This document shows positions 19,506-31,339 of a stretch of DNA of 32,000 bases, piece by piece. The DNA is from Candidatus Johnevansia muelleri. Its GTDB lineage: Bacteria > Pseudomonadota > Gammaproteobacteria > Johnevansiales > Johnevansiaceae. The notes below the pieces were generated by a model that made no database searches, was not told the origin of the DNA, and saw only the letters and a program-made list of their open reading frames with translations. A program made the translations under genes and the position numbers. Location: the NCBI GenBank assembly GCA_000953435.1, contig LM655252.1:325499-357498 (forward strand). The letters are read 5' to 3'. Numbering within the stretch: position 1 is the stretch's first letter; every line of letters begins with the position of its first letter.

Positions 19506-20036
19506 TTGCTTATAGTAGGTTTAAATGGAGGATTTGCTAAATTAAAAAATACAGTTCTATCTGCTTTTTCATTTATAGGTATTAAATTTATAAATATGGA
19601 TGAACTTGCATATAAAATAATTGAAAAATATTTTCATAAAATATTAAATAGATCTATATTACGTAGTATTATTTTTAAAAATAGTAATTTTATTAAATGC
19701 ATTATTAATAAACATTTAATAAGTTTATTAAAAAAAATTAAAAGTACTTATATTTTATTAGTATCACCAATTTTATTTGAAACTTATCAATATAAATTAC
19801 TTGATCGTATTTTAATCATTGATTTATCTTGTAATATTACCATAAATCGTATTATTTTGCGTGATTATAATATTAATCAATCAAACTTAAGAATTTTTAG
19901 AGAACAACTAATATTTCGTGCAGATGATATATTAAATACTATTTGGTATTTCACAAATATAAAAAAAATAATAATTAATTTAGATAAATTTTATTGTAAA
20001 ATTTGTTATACTAAATTAATTTTTAATATTATATAA
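19506..20036 (+). CDS. coaE: Dephospho-CoA kinase homolog with degenerate Walker A motif (176 aa, TTG start); possibly non-functional
   Basis: [40 protein letters not shown] aligns to E. coli CoaE [48 protein letters not shown] and [20 protein letters not shown] match VLWVVPLLVE and RVLVVDVSPETQLKRTMQRD. An AGGA lies 8 nt upstream of the TTG. Confidence 0.6.
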   Translation: [176 protein letters not shown]

Positions 20037-20073
20037 TTTTATTTGAAAATTTATTATATTATTAGATAAAATT

Positions 20074-22560
20074 ATGATAAAAAACTTTATAAAAATAGAT
20101 ATAGAGGATGAATTAAAAAAATCTTATTTAGATTATGCTATGAGTGTTATTATTGGTAGGGCGCTACCTGATGTACGTGATGGATTAAAACCTGTACATC
20201 GTAGAATATTATTTGCTATGTATAAATTAAAAAATTTTTGGAATAGATCTTTTCTTAAATCAGCACGTGTAGTAGGTAATGTAATTGGTAAATATCATCC
20301 TCATGGTGATAATGCAGTATATGATACTATTGTACGAATGGCACAAAAATTTTCAATGCGGTATTTATTAATTGATGGTCAAGGTAATTTTGGATCTATT
20401 GATGGTGATAGTGCAGCTGCAATGAGATATACTGAAATACGTATGAATTATATAACAAATGAATTACTAGTTGATTTAGATAAAGAAACTGTAGATTGGG
20501 TTAATAATTATGATAATTCAGAAATTATTCCAAAAATATTTCCTACTAGGATTCCTAATATATTAATTAATGGATCATCAGGTATTGCTGTAGGTATGGC
20601 TACTAATATACCTCCACATAATTTATGTGAAGTAATTAATGCTTGTTTAGCTTTAATAGATGAATCTACTTTATCTATTAATTATTTAATAAAAAATTAT
20701 ATTTTAGGGCCTGACTTTCCTACTGCTGGGATTATAGTTGGTAAATCAGGTATAATTGAAGCTTATAAAACAGGTAAAGGATGTATTTATATACGTGCAA
20801 AATATATAATTAATTTTAATAAAAAATATTTTAGAGATATAATAATAATTACTGAATTGCCTTATCAAGTAAATAAATCTAAACTTATTGAAAAAATAGT
20901 TTCTTTAATAAAAGAAAAAAGAATAGAAGGAATTTATGAAGTTCGTGATGAATCAGATAAAAATGGATTACGTATTATAATAGAAATTAAAAAGGGAAAA
21001 TCTGGAAATGTAATAATTAATAATCTATTTTATTTAACACAGCTTGAAACATTATTTTATATAAATATGATTGCATTAGATGAATTTGGTAAACCTAAAA
21101 AATTTAATTTAAAAGAAGTTATTAAATCTTTTATAGATCATCGTAAAGAAATTATAATACGTAGGTCAATATATGAATTAAATCAATCAGAAATACATGT
21201 TCATCTTATAGAAGGATTGATAGTAGCTATTTATAATCTTGATGAAATTATAAAATTAATAAAATTATCATCATCTCTTAAAGAAGCAAAATTAAAATTA
21301 ATTAATCGTAAATGGAATTTATCAAAAGAAATAATTGAAATTTTTATTGAAAAAAGGGAAACTTATATATATTGTATAACAGAAAAACAAGCTCTAGCAA
21401 TACTTGATTTACGGTTACATAGTTTAACTAGTATTGAAATTCAAAAATTATTATATGAATATGATGTTTTATTAAATATAGTTAAAAAATTAAAACTTAT
21501 TTTATCTTCTAATATAATATTAATGGAAGTTATTAAAAAAGAATTAAATTTTATAAAAAAAGAATATGGTGATATTAGACGTACTGAAATTAAAAATAAT
21601 CGTGTAAATTTTACCACCCAAGATTTAATTTATGATGAATATATGGTTTGTACTATTTATTCTTCTTGTTATGCAAAAACTCAACCTATTTCAATTTTAA
21701 AAAATAAAAAAATTGGATTTAAAATAAATTTATTAAAAAATAAAAATGAAGATTTAATACAACATTTTTTAATAGCGTCCAAACATGAAACAATATTTTT
21801 TTTTTCTAATAAAGGAAAATTATATTGTCTAAAAATTTATGAAATACCTGAAGCTAGTAAAATTTCTAGAGGTATTCCAATAATAAATTTATTATCAATG
21901 AATAAAACTGAACAAATTACAGCTATATTATCTATTAAGAAATATAAAAAAGATAGTAATATATTATTAGCTACTAGTTTAGGAAAAGTAAAACGTATAA
22001 ATATTGATAAATTTTCTCGTACTAGGTCTTCGGGACTTATAGCAATTAAGTTAGATAAAGGAGATAGTTTAATTAGTGCGGCCATTACATATGGTAATAA
22101 CAATGTTATATTGATTACATCATATGGAAATTTAATTCTTTTTGATGAAAAATCTATACTTCTTATGGAAAGATATACTTATGGAATGATAGGTATTAGT
22201 TTAAATAAAAATGATAGAGTAATTAGTTTAATTATTCCTAATAATAAAACTTGTTATATTTTATTTGCATATGAAAATGGTTTTTGTAATTTTAAAAAAA
22301 TTGAAAATTTTTATATTACAAATATGGGGGGACAAGGAATCATTTCTATGCAAATATCCAAACGTAATGGTTTATTAGTATCTGCAATTCAAGTTTATAA
22401 AAATGATAAAATCATAATTATTACTAATAAAGGTAATATTATAATATTAAAATTAAATGAATCTAAAATTAATAGTAAAGGTTTTATATTAATTAGTATG
22501 ATAAATCAAGAAAAATTAGTTACTATTGTAAGATGGGATGATAATATATTAAAATTATAA
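20074..22560 (+). CDS. gyrA: DNA gyrase subunit A (828 aa)
   Basis: [27 protein letters not shown] is present. The QRDR-equivalent is [20 protein letters not shown] and the active-site Tyr lies in [10 protein letters not shown]. The C-terminal beta-pinwheel region is present but diverged. Confidence 0.97.
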   Translation: MIKNFIKIDIEDELKKSYLDYAMSVIIGRALPDVRDGLKPVHRRILFAMYKLKNFWNRSFLKSARVVGNVIGKYHPHGDNAVYDTIVRMAQKFSMRYLLIDGQGNFGSIDGDSAAAMRYTEIRMNYITNELLVDLDKETVDWVNNYDNSEIIPKIFPTRIPNILINGSSGIAVGMATNIPPHNLCEVINACLALIDESTLSINYLIKNYILGPDFPTAGIIVGKSGIIEAYKTGKGCIYIRAKYIINFNKKYFRDIIIITELPYQVNKSKLIEKIVSLIKEKRIEGIYEVRDESDKNGLRIIIEIKKGKSGNVIINNLFYLTQLETLFYINMIALDEFGKPKKFNLKEVIKSFIDHRKEIIIRRSIYELNQSEIHVHLIEGLIVAIYNLDEIIKLIKLSSSLKEAKLKLINRKWNLSKEIIEIFIEKRETYIYCITEKQALAILDLRLHSLTSIEIQKLLYEYDVLLNIVKKLKLILSSNIILMEVIKKELNFIKKEYGDIRRTEIKNNRVNFTTQDLIYDEYMVCTIYSSCYAKTQPISILKNKKIGFKINLLKNKNEDLIQHFLIASKHETIFFFSNKGKLYCLKIYEIPEASKISRGIPIINLLSMNKTEQITAILSIKKYKKDSNILLATSLGKVKRINIDKFSRTRSSGLIAIKLDKGDSLISAAITYGNNNVILITSYGNLILFDEKSILLMERYTYGMIGISLNKNDRVISLIIPNNKTCYILFAYENGFCNFKKIENFYITNMGGQGIISMQISKRNGLLVSAIQVYKNDKIIIITNKGNIIILKLNESKINSKGFILISMINQEKLVTIVRWDDNILKL

Positions 22561-22584
22561 AAATGTAAAATAAGATATTATATA

Positions 22585-23664
22585 ATGAAAAATAATTATA
22601 ATATTGATTATATACGTAATCGTATTGATTATATAGATAAATTAATATTAAAGTTAATAAATGAACGTGCATTTTGTGCTCAGCAAGTTGCAATAATAAA
22701 ATTATATGAAAATAATAATAATTTTTATAGGCCTGAGCGTGAAATTCAAGTATTACGTAGAATAATTAATATTAATAATGGCCCATTGTCTGATAAAAAT
22801 ATAATATTTATTTTTAAAGATATAATTTCTATGTGTTTAGCTTTAGAACAACCAATAAAAGTAGCTTATTTAGGTCCTAAAGGTACTTTTACACAAGAGG
22901 CAGCAATTAAACATTTTGGAAAATCAGCTATTTTAAAAGCTATAACATATATAGATGATATTTTTAAAGAAGTAAAAAAAAAAACAGTAAATTACGGGAT
23001 TATACCTTTAGAAAATTCTATAGAAGGTATGATTAATCATACTTTAGATTCTTTAATTAAATCAAAATTAAAAATATGTGGTGAAATAGTATTACGTATA
23101 CATCAAAATTTTTTAATAGGAAAACATACATCATTAAATATGATTTCTAGAATTTATTCTCATCGTCAATCATTAGAACAATGTCGTCAATGGATATATA
23201 AAAAATATCCATTAATAGAATGTATAGCTGTTGATTCTAATGCTAAAGCGGCAATATTAGTAAAAAATGAATGGTATAGTGCAGCTATTGCTGGTAAAAT
23301 GACAGCATATTATTATAATTTAATAATTCAAATAGAAAATATTGAAGATAATATTGATAATTTTACAAGATTTATAGTAATTGGCAATAAAGAAGTATTA
23401 CCTAGTGGTAATGATAAAACCTCATTAATAATTTCATTACGTAATAATATTATTACTTTTTATACATTAATTAAAAGTTTTTATTATTGTAATATTGATA
23501 TATTATGTATTGAACCTAGACCTTCTTATAATGATATTTGGAATTATGTTTTTTTTTTAGAATTTAAAGGTCATTTAAATGATATTAAAATAAAAAATTT
23601 TATTGAAATAATTAATAATTTTATTATAGAAATTAAAATATTAGGGTCTTATCCTAAAAATTAA
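22585..23664 (+). CDS. pheA: Bifunctional chorismate mutase / prephenate dehydratase, P-protein (359 aa)
   Basis: The N-terminal CM domain is IRNRIDYIDKLILKLINERAFCAQQVA. The PDT domain is VAYLGPKGTFTQEAA..NFTRFIVIG. The ACT-like end is IEPRPS..WNYVFFLEFKGH. Confidence 0.93.
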   Translation: MKNNYNIDYIRNRIDYIDKLILKLINERAFCAQQVAIIKLYENNNNFYRPEREIQVLRRIININNGPLSDKNIIFIFKDIISMCLALEQPIKVAYLGPKGTFTQEAAIKHFGKSAILKAITYIDDIFKEVKKKTVNYGIIPLENSIEGMINHTLDSLIKSKLKICGEIVLRIHQNFLIGKHTSLNMISRIYSHRQSLEQCRQWIYKKYPLIECIAVDSNAKAAILVKNEWYSAAIAGKMTAYYYNLIIQIENIEDNIDNFTRFIVIGNKEVLPSGNDKTSLIISLRNNIITFYTLIKSFYYCNIDILCIEPRPSYNDIWNYVFFLEFKGHLNDIKIKNFIEIINNFIIEIKILGSYPKN

Positions 23665-23679
23665 ATTCAATTATAAATA

Positions 23680-24993
23680 ATGAATCTACGTTATCATGTT
23701 TTAATTTATAATCTAAAAATGATAGGTAAAATTAATTTTCCAGGTGATAAATCTCTTTCACATAGAGCTATTATTTTAGGTGCATTATCAAATGGTATTA
23801 CTAAAATAAATGGATTGTTAGAAGGAGATGATAATTTAGTATTATTAAATGTAATAAAACAATTGGGAATATTAATTGAAGGTCCTTATAATGGAAAAAT
23901 AATTATTCATGGTAAAGGATTACATGGACTTAAAAAACCAAATAATGTATTATATTTAGGTAATTCAGGTACAGCTATAAGATTACTTACTGGTTTACTT
24001 TCTGGTCAAAGATTTGATTCTGAATTAATTGGAGATTATTCTCTTAATAAACGACCTATGTTTAGGATTATAAATCCATTAAGAAAAATGGGTGCTAATA
24101 TAAAAAATAGTAATAAGAATTATCCTCCTATAAAAATAAAAGGAAACCAAAATTTAATTGGGATAAATTATAAACTGCCAATAGCTAGTGCTCAAATAAA
24201 ATCATGTTTATTATTAGCTGGAATATATGCAAAAGGTAAAACAATTTTAATTGAATCAGAATATACAAGAAATCATACTGAAATAATGATGAAGAAGTTT
24301 GGTTATAATATTGAATATAAAAATAATAAAGTATGTTTGATAGTAGGTAATAAAATTAAACATACTAATATTAATATACCATCTGATATTTCTTCATCTG
24401 CTTTTTTTATTGTTGCTGCAATAATTACTCCTGGATCAAATATAGTATTTAAAAATATAGGTATTAATTATACTAGAATAGGTTTAATAAATATTTTAAA
24501 AAAAATGGGTGCACAAATATATTTATATAATTCGTGTGAATTCAATGGTGAATTAGTAGCTGATATACATATACGTTATACTAGTAATTTTAAAGGAATA
24601 GATATAAATAAAGATCAAATATCACTTGCTATTGATGAATTTCCAATATTATTTATTGCAGCAGCTAATGCTAAAGGTATTACTCGTATTAGAGGTGCTG
24701 ATGAATTACGTTTTAAAGAATCAGATAGAATTCAAGTAATGTCAGAAGGGTTAAATAAAATTGGAATTAAAACTACTATATATAAAGATGGTATAGATAT
24801 TATAGGAGGTACTTATCATGGAGGTTTTATAGATAGTAAAGGAGATCATCGTATTGCTATGGCTTTTACTATTGCAGCTATTAAAGCAAATAGTAAAATT
24901 ACAATTAATAATTGTATGAATGTAATTACTTCTTTTCCTAATTTTGTTGAAATATCAAATATTTTAGGTATCAAATTAATAACTGAAAATTAA
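23680..24993 (+). CDS. aroA: 3-phosphoshikimate 1-carboxyvinyltransferase, EPSP synthase (437 aa)
   Basis: Motifs PGDKSLSHRAIILGAL, LGNSGTAIRLLTG, LRFKESDRI and GDHRIAMAF are present. Confidence 0.96.
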   Translation: MNLRYHVLIYNLKMIGKINFPGDKSLSHRAIILGALSNGITKINGLLEGDDNLVLLNVIKQLGILIEGPYNGKIIIHGKGLHGLKKPNNVLYLGNSGTAIRLLTGLLSGQRFDSELIGDYSLNKRPMFRIINPLRKMGANIKNSNKNYPPIKIKGNQNLIGINYKLPIASAQIKSCLLLAGIYAKGKTILIESEYTRNHTEIMMKKFGYNIEYKNNKVCLIVGNKIKHTNINIPSDISSSAFFIVAAIITPGSNIVFKNIGINYTRIGLINILKKMGAQIYLYNSCEFNGELVADIHIRYTSNFKGIDINKDQISLAIDEFPILFIAAANAKGITRIRGADELRFKESDRIQVMSEGLNKIGIKTTIYKDGIDIIGGTYHGGFIDSKGDHRIAMAFTIAAIKANSKITINNCMNVITSFPNFVEISNILGIKLITEN

Positions 24994-25033
24994 TATATTA
25001 TAATTTATATAAATAAAATTAGGTAAATAAATT

Positions 25034-26647
25034 ATGAAATATTATTTTTATAAATTATTTAAAAAATCATTAAAAAAAAATAATTTAACAAATGGAACAT
25101 TAATAAAAGGTGTAATAATTAATATAACTAATAATTATGTTATTGTTAATGCTTATTTAAAATCTGAAGGAAAAATTCCTTTAACTCAATTTAAAGATGA
25201 AAAAGAAAATTTTAAATTGGATATAGGTAAACAAATTAATGTAACAATAGAAAATTTAGAAAATGGTTTAGGTGAAACATTGCTTTCTAGAGAAAAAGCT
25301 AAACATATTGAAGCTTGGAATGATTTAAAATCTGCTTATTATACTGGTGAAATTATAAAAGGTATGATTAGTCATAAAGTAAAAGGTGGTTTTACAGTAG
25401 ATCTTTATTTCATTAGAGCTTTTTTACCTGGGTCACTTTTAGATATTCGTCCGTTACAGAATATTTCACATTTAGAAAATAAAGAACTTAATTTTAAAGT
25501 TATTAAAATTGATAATATACGTAATAATGCCGTTGTTTCACGTCGTGCTGTTTTAGAAATTGAAAAGAATCTTATACGTGACAAGTTATTCTCAAATATG
25601 TTAGAAGGCCAAATTCTTAAAGGTTTTATTAAAAATATTACAAAATATGGTGCTTTTATTGATTTAGGTGGGGTAGATGGTCTTTTACATATTACAGATA
25701 TTTTATGGAAACATATTAAACATCCTTCTGAAGTTCTAATAATAGGCGATGAAATTTTTGTTAAAATATTAAAATTTGATCGTGATCGCCATAGAGTTTA
25801 TTTAGGATTAAAACAATTAATTTTTAATCCATGGTTTCAAATAACAAACAAATATAAACAAGGTAGTATAACATATGTAAAAATTATTAATATAACTAAT
25901 TATGGTTGTTTTGGTGAATTAAAAAAAGGTGTTGAAGGACTTATTCATTTTTCTAACATTAAAATTAAAAAAAAATATATTAATTTTTTAAAATTATTTA
26001 AATTAAATGATATTGTTCAAGTATTAATAATTAATCTTGATGAAAAGAGACATCGTATTTCTTTCGGATTAAAACTTAAGCTTTTTAATCCATGGTTAAA
26101 ATTTATTTCTACTTATAAAATAGGAGATTGTGTTTTAGGATATATTAAATCACTTACAGATTTTGGTATTTTTATAGCATTAAATAACTCAATAGATGGT
26201 TTAATTCATATATCTGATATATCATGGTTTAAACCTATCGAAATAATGAAAACATATAAAAAAGGATTTGAAATTAAATCAATGATTATTTTTATAGATT
26301 TTAAAAAAGAAAGAATATATTTAGGCCTTAAACAAATTGATATTGATCCAATTTCTTTTTATTTATCAAATATAGATAAAACTACTGTTGTAACTGGTTA
26401 TATTAAAGAAATTAATAAAAAAGAAATTATAGTTGAATTAGCAAAAAATGTTATAGGAACAATAAAAACTTTTTATTATAAAAATTTAAAAAATAAATAT
26501 TTACATATTAATGATAAAATTTTAGCTAATGTTATTAATTTTAATAGTTTACTTAATATAATAAATTTATGTTTTTTTAATCCTAAAAAAAATATTAAAC
26601 AAAAAAAAACAAATAAATTAAAACTGTTTTTTGAAAATAAAATTTAA
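25034..26647 (+). CDS. rpsA: 30S ribosomal protein S1 (537 aa)
   Basis: The N-terminus FYKLFKKSLKK..G.LIKG matches E. coli FAQLFEESLKE..GSIVRG. Repeated S1 domains are present (GFTVDL..AFLPGS, YGAFIDLGGVDGLLHITD). The C-terminal repeats are more diverged. Confidence 0.95.
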   Translation: MKYYFYKLFKKSLKKNNLTNGTLIKGVIINITNNYVIVNAYLKSEGKIPLTQFKDEKENFKLDIGKQINVTIENLENGLGETLLSREKAKHIEAWNDLKSAYYTGEIIKGMISHKVKGGFTVDLYFIRAFLPGSLLDIRPLQNISHLENKELNFKVIKIDNIRNNAVVSRRAVLEIEKNLIRDKLFSNMLEGQILKGFIKNITKYGAFIDLGGVDGLLHITDILWKHIKHPSEVLIIGDEIFVKILKFDRDRHRVYLGLKQLIFNPWFQITNKYKQGSITYVKIINITNYGCFGELKKGVEGLIHFSNIKIKKKYINFLKLFKLNDIVQVLIINLDEKRHRISFGLKLKLFNPWLKFISTYKIGDCVLGYIKSLTDFGIFIALNNSIDGLIHISDISWFKPIEIMKTYKKGFEIKSMIIFIDFKKERIYLGLKQIDIDPISFYLSNIDKTTVVTGYIKEINKKEIIVELAKNVIGTIKTFYYKNLKNKYLHINDKILANVINFNSLLNIINLCFFNPKKNIKQKKTNKLKLFFENKI

Positions 26648-26695
26648 TTATATACATAATATTTTAAAACATATAATAAATTTAATTACATATTT

Positions 26696-28369
<1,674 letters not shown>

Positions 28370-28398
28370 TTATATATTTTTTTTATATTTTTAAATTA

Positions 28399-28689
28399 TT
28401 ATTCTAATATACCTAAAATATCATTTTCTGACATTATTAATAGTTCTTCGTTATTTATTATTTGTTTTTCTATACTATACCCATCTTTAAATATTACAAT
28501 ATCTCCTATTTTTACATCTAAAGGACGTAGTTGACCATTTTCTAGTATACGACCTTTACCTATAGCTAATATTTTACCTTTATTAATTTTTTCTTGACTT
28601 CCAGTAGGTAATACTAATCCACTAGGAGTTTTTCTATTTTCTTCTAAACGTTTTATTACTATACGATCATGTAATGGACGTATATTCAT
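28399..28689 (-). CDS. groES: Co-chaperonin GroES (96 aa)
   Basis: MNIRPLHDRIVIKRLEE is present and the gene lies directly upstream of groEL. Confidence 0.97.
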   Translation of the reverse strand: MNIRPLHDRIVIKRLEENRKTPSGLVLPTGSQEKINKGKILAIGKGRILENGQLRPLDVKIGDIVIFKDGYSIEKQIINNEELLIMSENDILGILE

Positions 28690-28810
28690 ATAATATCCTT
28701 ATTTTTTATTATAATATTTTATATTATAATCATGTTAATAAATTATAATATTAAAAAAATATAATATTATATTTTTTTTATAATATATATATTTAAATTA
28801 ATGTTTATTA

Positions 28811-30073
28811 ATGCGTAACAGAAGTATTTATGGTTATGATAATGTTTTATTATCTTTTATAAATAAAGAAATTCAAAGACAAGAAGATCATCTTGATTTA
28901 ATAGCTTCAGAGAATTATACTAGTACTAGAATAATGGAATTGCAAGGTAGTCCTCTTACTAATAAATATGCTGAGGGATATCCATTAAATCGTTATTATG
29001 GAGGATGTGAATTTATTGATGATATTGAAAATATTTCTATTACACGAGTATGTAAATTATTTAATTGTAATTATGCAAATATTCAACCTCATTCTGGTTC
29101 TCAAGCTAATTTTGCTGTATTACAAGCATTACTTCAACCTAAAGATATTATTTTAGGAATGAGTTTAAATGCAGGAGGTCATCTTACACATGGTGCTAAA
29201 CCTAATTTTTCTAGTAAAATTTATACTTCTATTCAATATGGATTAAATATTAATGGTTTTATTGATTATGATAATATTTTTTTTTTAACAATTAAAAAAA
29301 AACCTAAAATGATTATAGCAGGTTTTTCTGCTTATTCTCAAATAGTAGATTGGTCAATAATTCGTGAAATTGCTGATAGTGTTAATGCATATTTATTTGT
29401 TGATATGGCTCATATAGCTGGATTAGTAGCTACTAATCTATATCCTAGTCCATTACCTTATGCACACGTAGTAACAACTACTACTCATAAAACATTAAGA
29501 GGACCTAGAGGAGGTATAATTTTATCATCTTGTAATGATTCTTTAATTTATAAAAAATTAGATTCTGCCGTTTTTCCTGGTCAACAAGGAGGCCCTTTAA
29601 TGCATATTATAGCTGCTAAAGCTATATGTTTTAAAGAAGCACTTGAACCTAATTTTAAAATTTATCAACAAAAAGTTATAAATAATGCAGCTATAATGAC
29701 TTATATTTTAATTAATAGAGGTTATGATATTATTTCAGGAGGTACTAAAAATCATTTATTTTTAATTTCACTTATAAAAAATAATATTACTGGAAAATTA
29801 GCTGAAATTTCATTAAGTCGTGCTAATATTATTGTAAACAAAAATTTAATTATAAATGATATGTTTTCTCCTAAAATTACTTCTGGTTTAAGAATAGGTA
29901 CTTCATCTATTACAACTAGAGGTTTTAAAGAAAAACATTGTAAAATAATTGCTAATTGGATATGTGATATTTTAGATAATATAAAAAATTGTAAAAATAA
30001 TAAAATATTATATAAAATAAGTTTAAAAATAAAAAATATTTGTAAAAATATGCCTGTATATAAAAATAAATAA
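28811..30073 (+). CDS. glyA: Serine hydroxymethyltransferase (420 aa)
   Basis: [22 protein letters not shown] and the PLP-lysine motif [16 protein letters not shown] are present. Confidence 0.97.
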   Translation: MRNRSIYGYDNVLLSFINKEIQRQEDHLDLIASENYTSTRIMELQGSPLTNKYAEGYPLNRYYGGCEFIDDIENISITRVCKLFNCNYANIQPHSGSQANFAVLQALLQPKDIILGMSLNAGGHLTHGAKPNFSSKIYTSIQYGLNINGFIDYDNIFFLTIKKKPKMIIAGFSAYSQIVDWSIIREIADSVNAYLFVDMAHIAGLVATNLYPSPLPYAHVVTTTTHKTLRGPRGGIILSSCNDSLIYKKLDSAVFPGQQGGPLMHIIAAKAICFKEALEPNFKIYQQKVINNAAIMTYILINRGYDIISGGTKNHLFLISLIKNNITGKLAEISLSRANIIVNKNLIINDMFSPKITSGLRIGTSSITTRGFKEKHCKIIANWICDILDNIKNCKNNKILYKISLKIKNICKNMPVYKNK

Positions 30074-30078
30074 TCTTA

Positions 30079-30441
30079 TGGAGGCGGGGGGATTCGAACC
30101 CCCGTCCGTTGGTACTGATCAATTAGATCTACATGTATAGTTTCGTCTATTATTTTTAATCTGACGAACAAGATTTTTAATAAATGAATTTTTATTTAAT
30201 TTTCTATTTTAAAATAGTATCTTGATATTTATATCAAAATCTATAAAATAATGAACAAGAACATTATTTACTAAATTAATATCATCACTAAAAATATTTA
30301 TGCTGCTGCTAGTGATAATTCTTGAAGATTATTTTCATCATTTGCATTTAAATTTATTGTAATATAATATTAACGAGATTTATTACACTCTCGACATGCA
30401 CTGCATGATTATATCACCTACGTCGAAACCAAAACGCCCCC
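30079..30441 (-). ncRNA. ssrA: tmRNA (SsrA), one-piece, about 363 nt, no encoded CCA
   Basis: The 5' end is GGGGGCGTTTTGGTTTCGACG. The 3' end is GGGGGTTCGAATCCCCCCGCCTCCA. The acceptor carries the G3:U70 alanine identity pair and a tRNA-like T-arm. An internal tag frame is present (next feature). Confidence 0.95.
30298..30345 (-). other. tmRNA tag-peptide reading frame encoding ANDENNLQELSLAAA, then stop
   Basis: The reverse complement reads GCA AAT GAT GAA AAT AAT CTT CAA GAA TTA TCA CTA GCA GCA GCA TAA. The AND(E) start and LAAA end are typical of proteobacterial degradation tags. Confidence 0.85.
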
Positions 30442-30494
30442 TATTTAATTAATGTAAATATATTATATAATTTTAATCGTTATTTGTAAATTTT

Positions 30495-30929
30495 CTAAAA
30501 TATCTTTTTTTTTTCAATAATACGTTTATCATAAATTTTTTTACCTTTAGCTATAGCTATTTCACATTTTACTAAATTATTTTTCCAATAAAATTTTATA
30601 GGTATACAAGTATAATTTTTATTTTTTATCATAACATGTATAGTTTTAATTTCCTTTTTATGTAATAATAATTTACGAATACGATTTGATTTAATTAAAT
30701 CATATTTATAAATTGTATTTATAGGACAAATATTAACACCTAATAACCATGCCTCTTTATTTTTTATTATTATATATGTATTTGTTATTTGTAATTTTCC
30801 AGCACGTAAACTTTTTAATTCCCATCCTGTTAACAATAAACCAGCTTCAAATATATTTTCAATATAATATTCATTTAATGCTTTTTTATTTTGTAATATA
30901 ATTGTTTTATTGATTAAATTAATATTCAT
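30495..30929 (-). CDS. smpB: SsrA-binding protein SmpB (144 aa)
   Basis: KALNEYYIENIFEAGLLLTGWELKSLRAGK is present with a basic C-terminal tail. It lies 53 nt upstream of ssrA on the same strand. Confidence 0.95.
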   Translation of the reverse strand: MNINLINKTIILQNKKALNEYYIENIFEAGLLLTGWELKSLRAGKLQITNTYIIIKNKEAWLLGVNICPINTIYKYDLIKSNRIRKLLLHKKEIKTIHVMIKNKNYTCIPIKFYWKNNLVKCEIAIAKGKKIYDKRIIEKKKIF

Positions 30930-31153
30930 GAAAAAAATAATTTCTATTAAAATTTTTTTATTTACATATAAAATAAAATTTATTATATCATTACGTATAT
31001 TAAATTATATAAATGCATTCCAAATTTTTAAAAAATTAAATATATATAAAATATTATATAATTTTATTATAAATAAATATATATTAAAAATTAATGATCA
31101 GTTATTTATATATTATATATAATAAATATAATTTAACTGATGGTTTGTGTATT

Positions 31154-31339
31154 ATTATAATTTGTTTTTAATAATTAATTAAGTTATAAGGTATTGATTA
31201 TTATGACAAATAAAAAACTTATTATGATATTTATCATATTGGTAATTAAAATAATTGCCAATATAATCCATTAATTATAATTTTTTTTTTAATAATTAAT
31301 TAAGTTATAATGGATGGACTATTATGAAAACAAATAATG
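31154..31339 (+). repeat. Direct duplication (period 120 bp) of the grpE leader, start codon and first codons
   Basis: Copy A spans 31154-31216 and copy B spans 31274-31339. They share attataattt(g/t)ttttt, an exact 20-mer aataattaattaagttataa, then attATGa and caaataa. About 55 of about 64 aligned columns match, by hand alignment. Confidence 0.7.

Noticed and set aside
30079-30441. A two-piece (circularly permuted) tmRNA
   Set aside because: The 5' acceptor strand, tag reading frame and 3' T-arm/acceptor occur in the standard linear order within one ~363-nt locus.
30910-31122. A 70-aa ORF in the smpB-grpE spacer (MIKLIFMKKIISIKIFLF...)
   Set aside because: It overlaps the smpB start and is composed almost entirely of I/K/L/F/N/Y from A/T-only codons. 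It has no SD and no motif. It is most likely decayed spacer, possibly the remains of genes that I recall lying between smpB and grpE in relatives.
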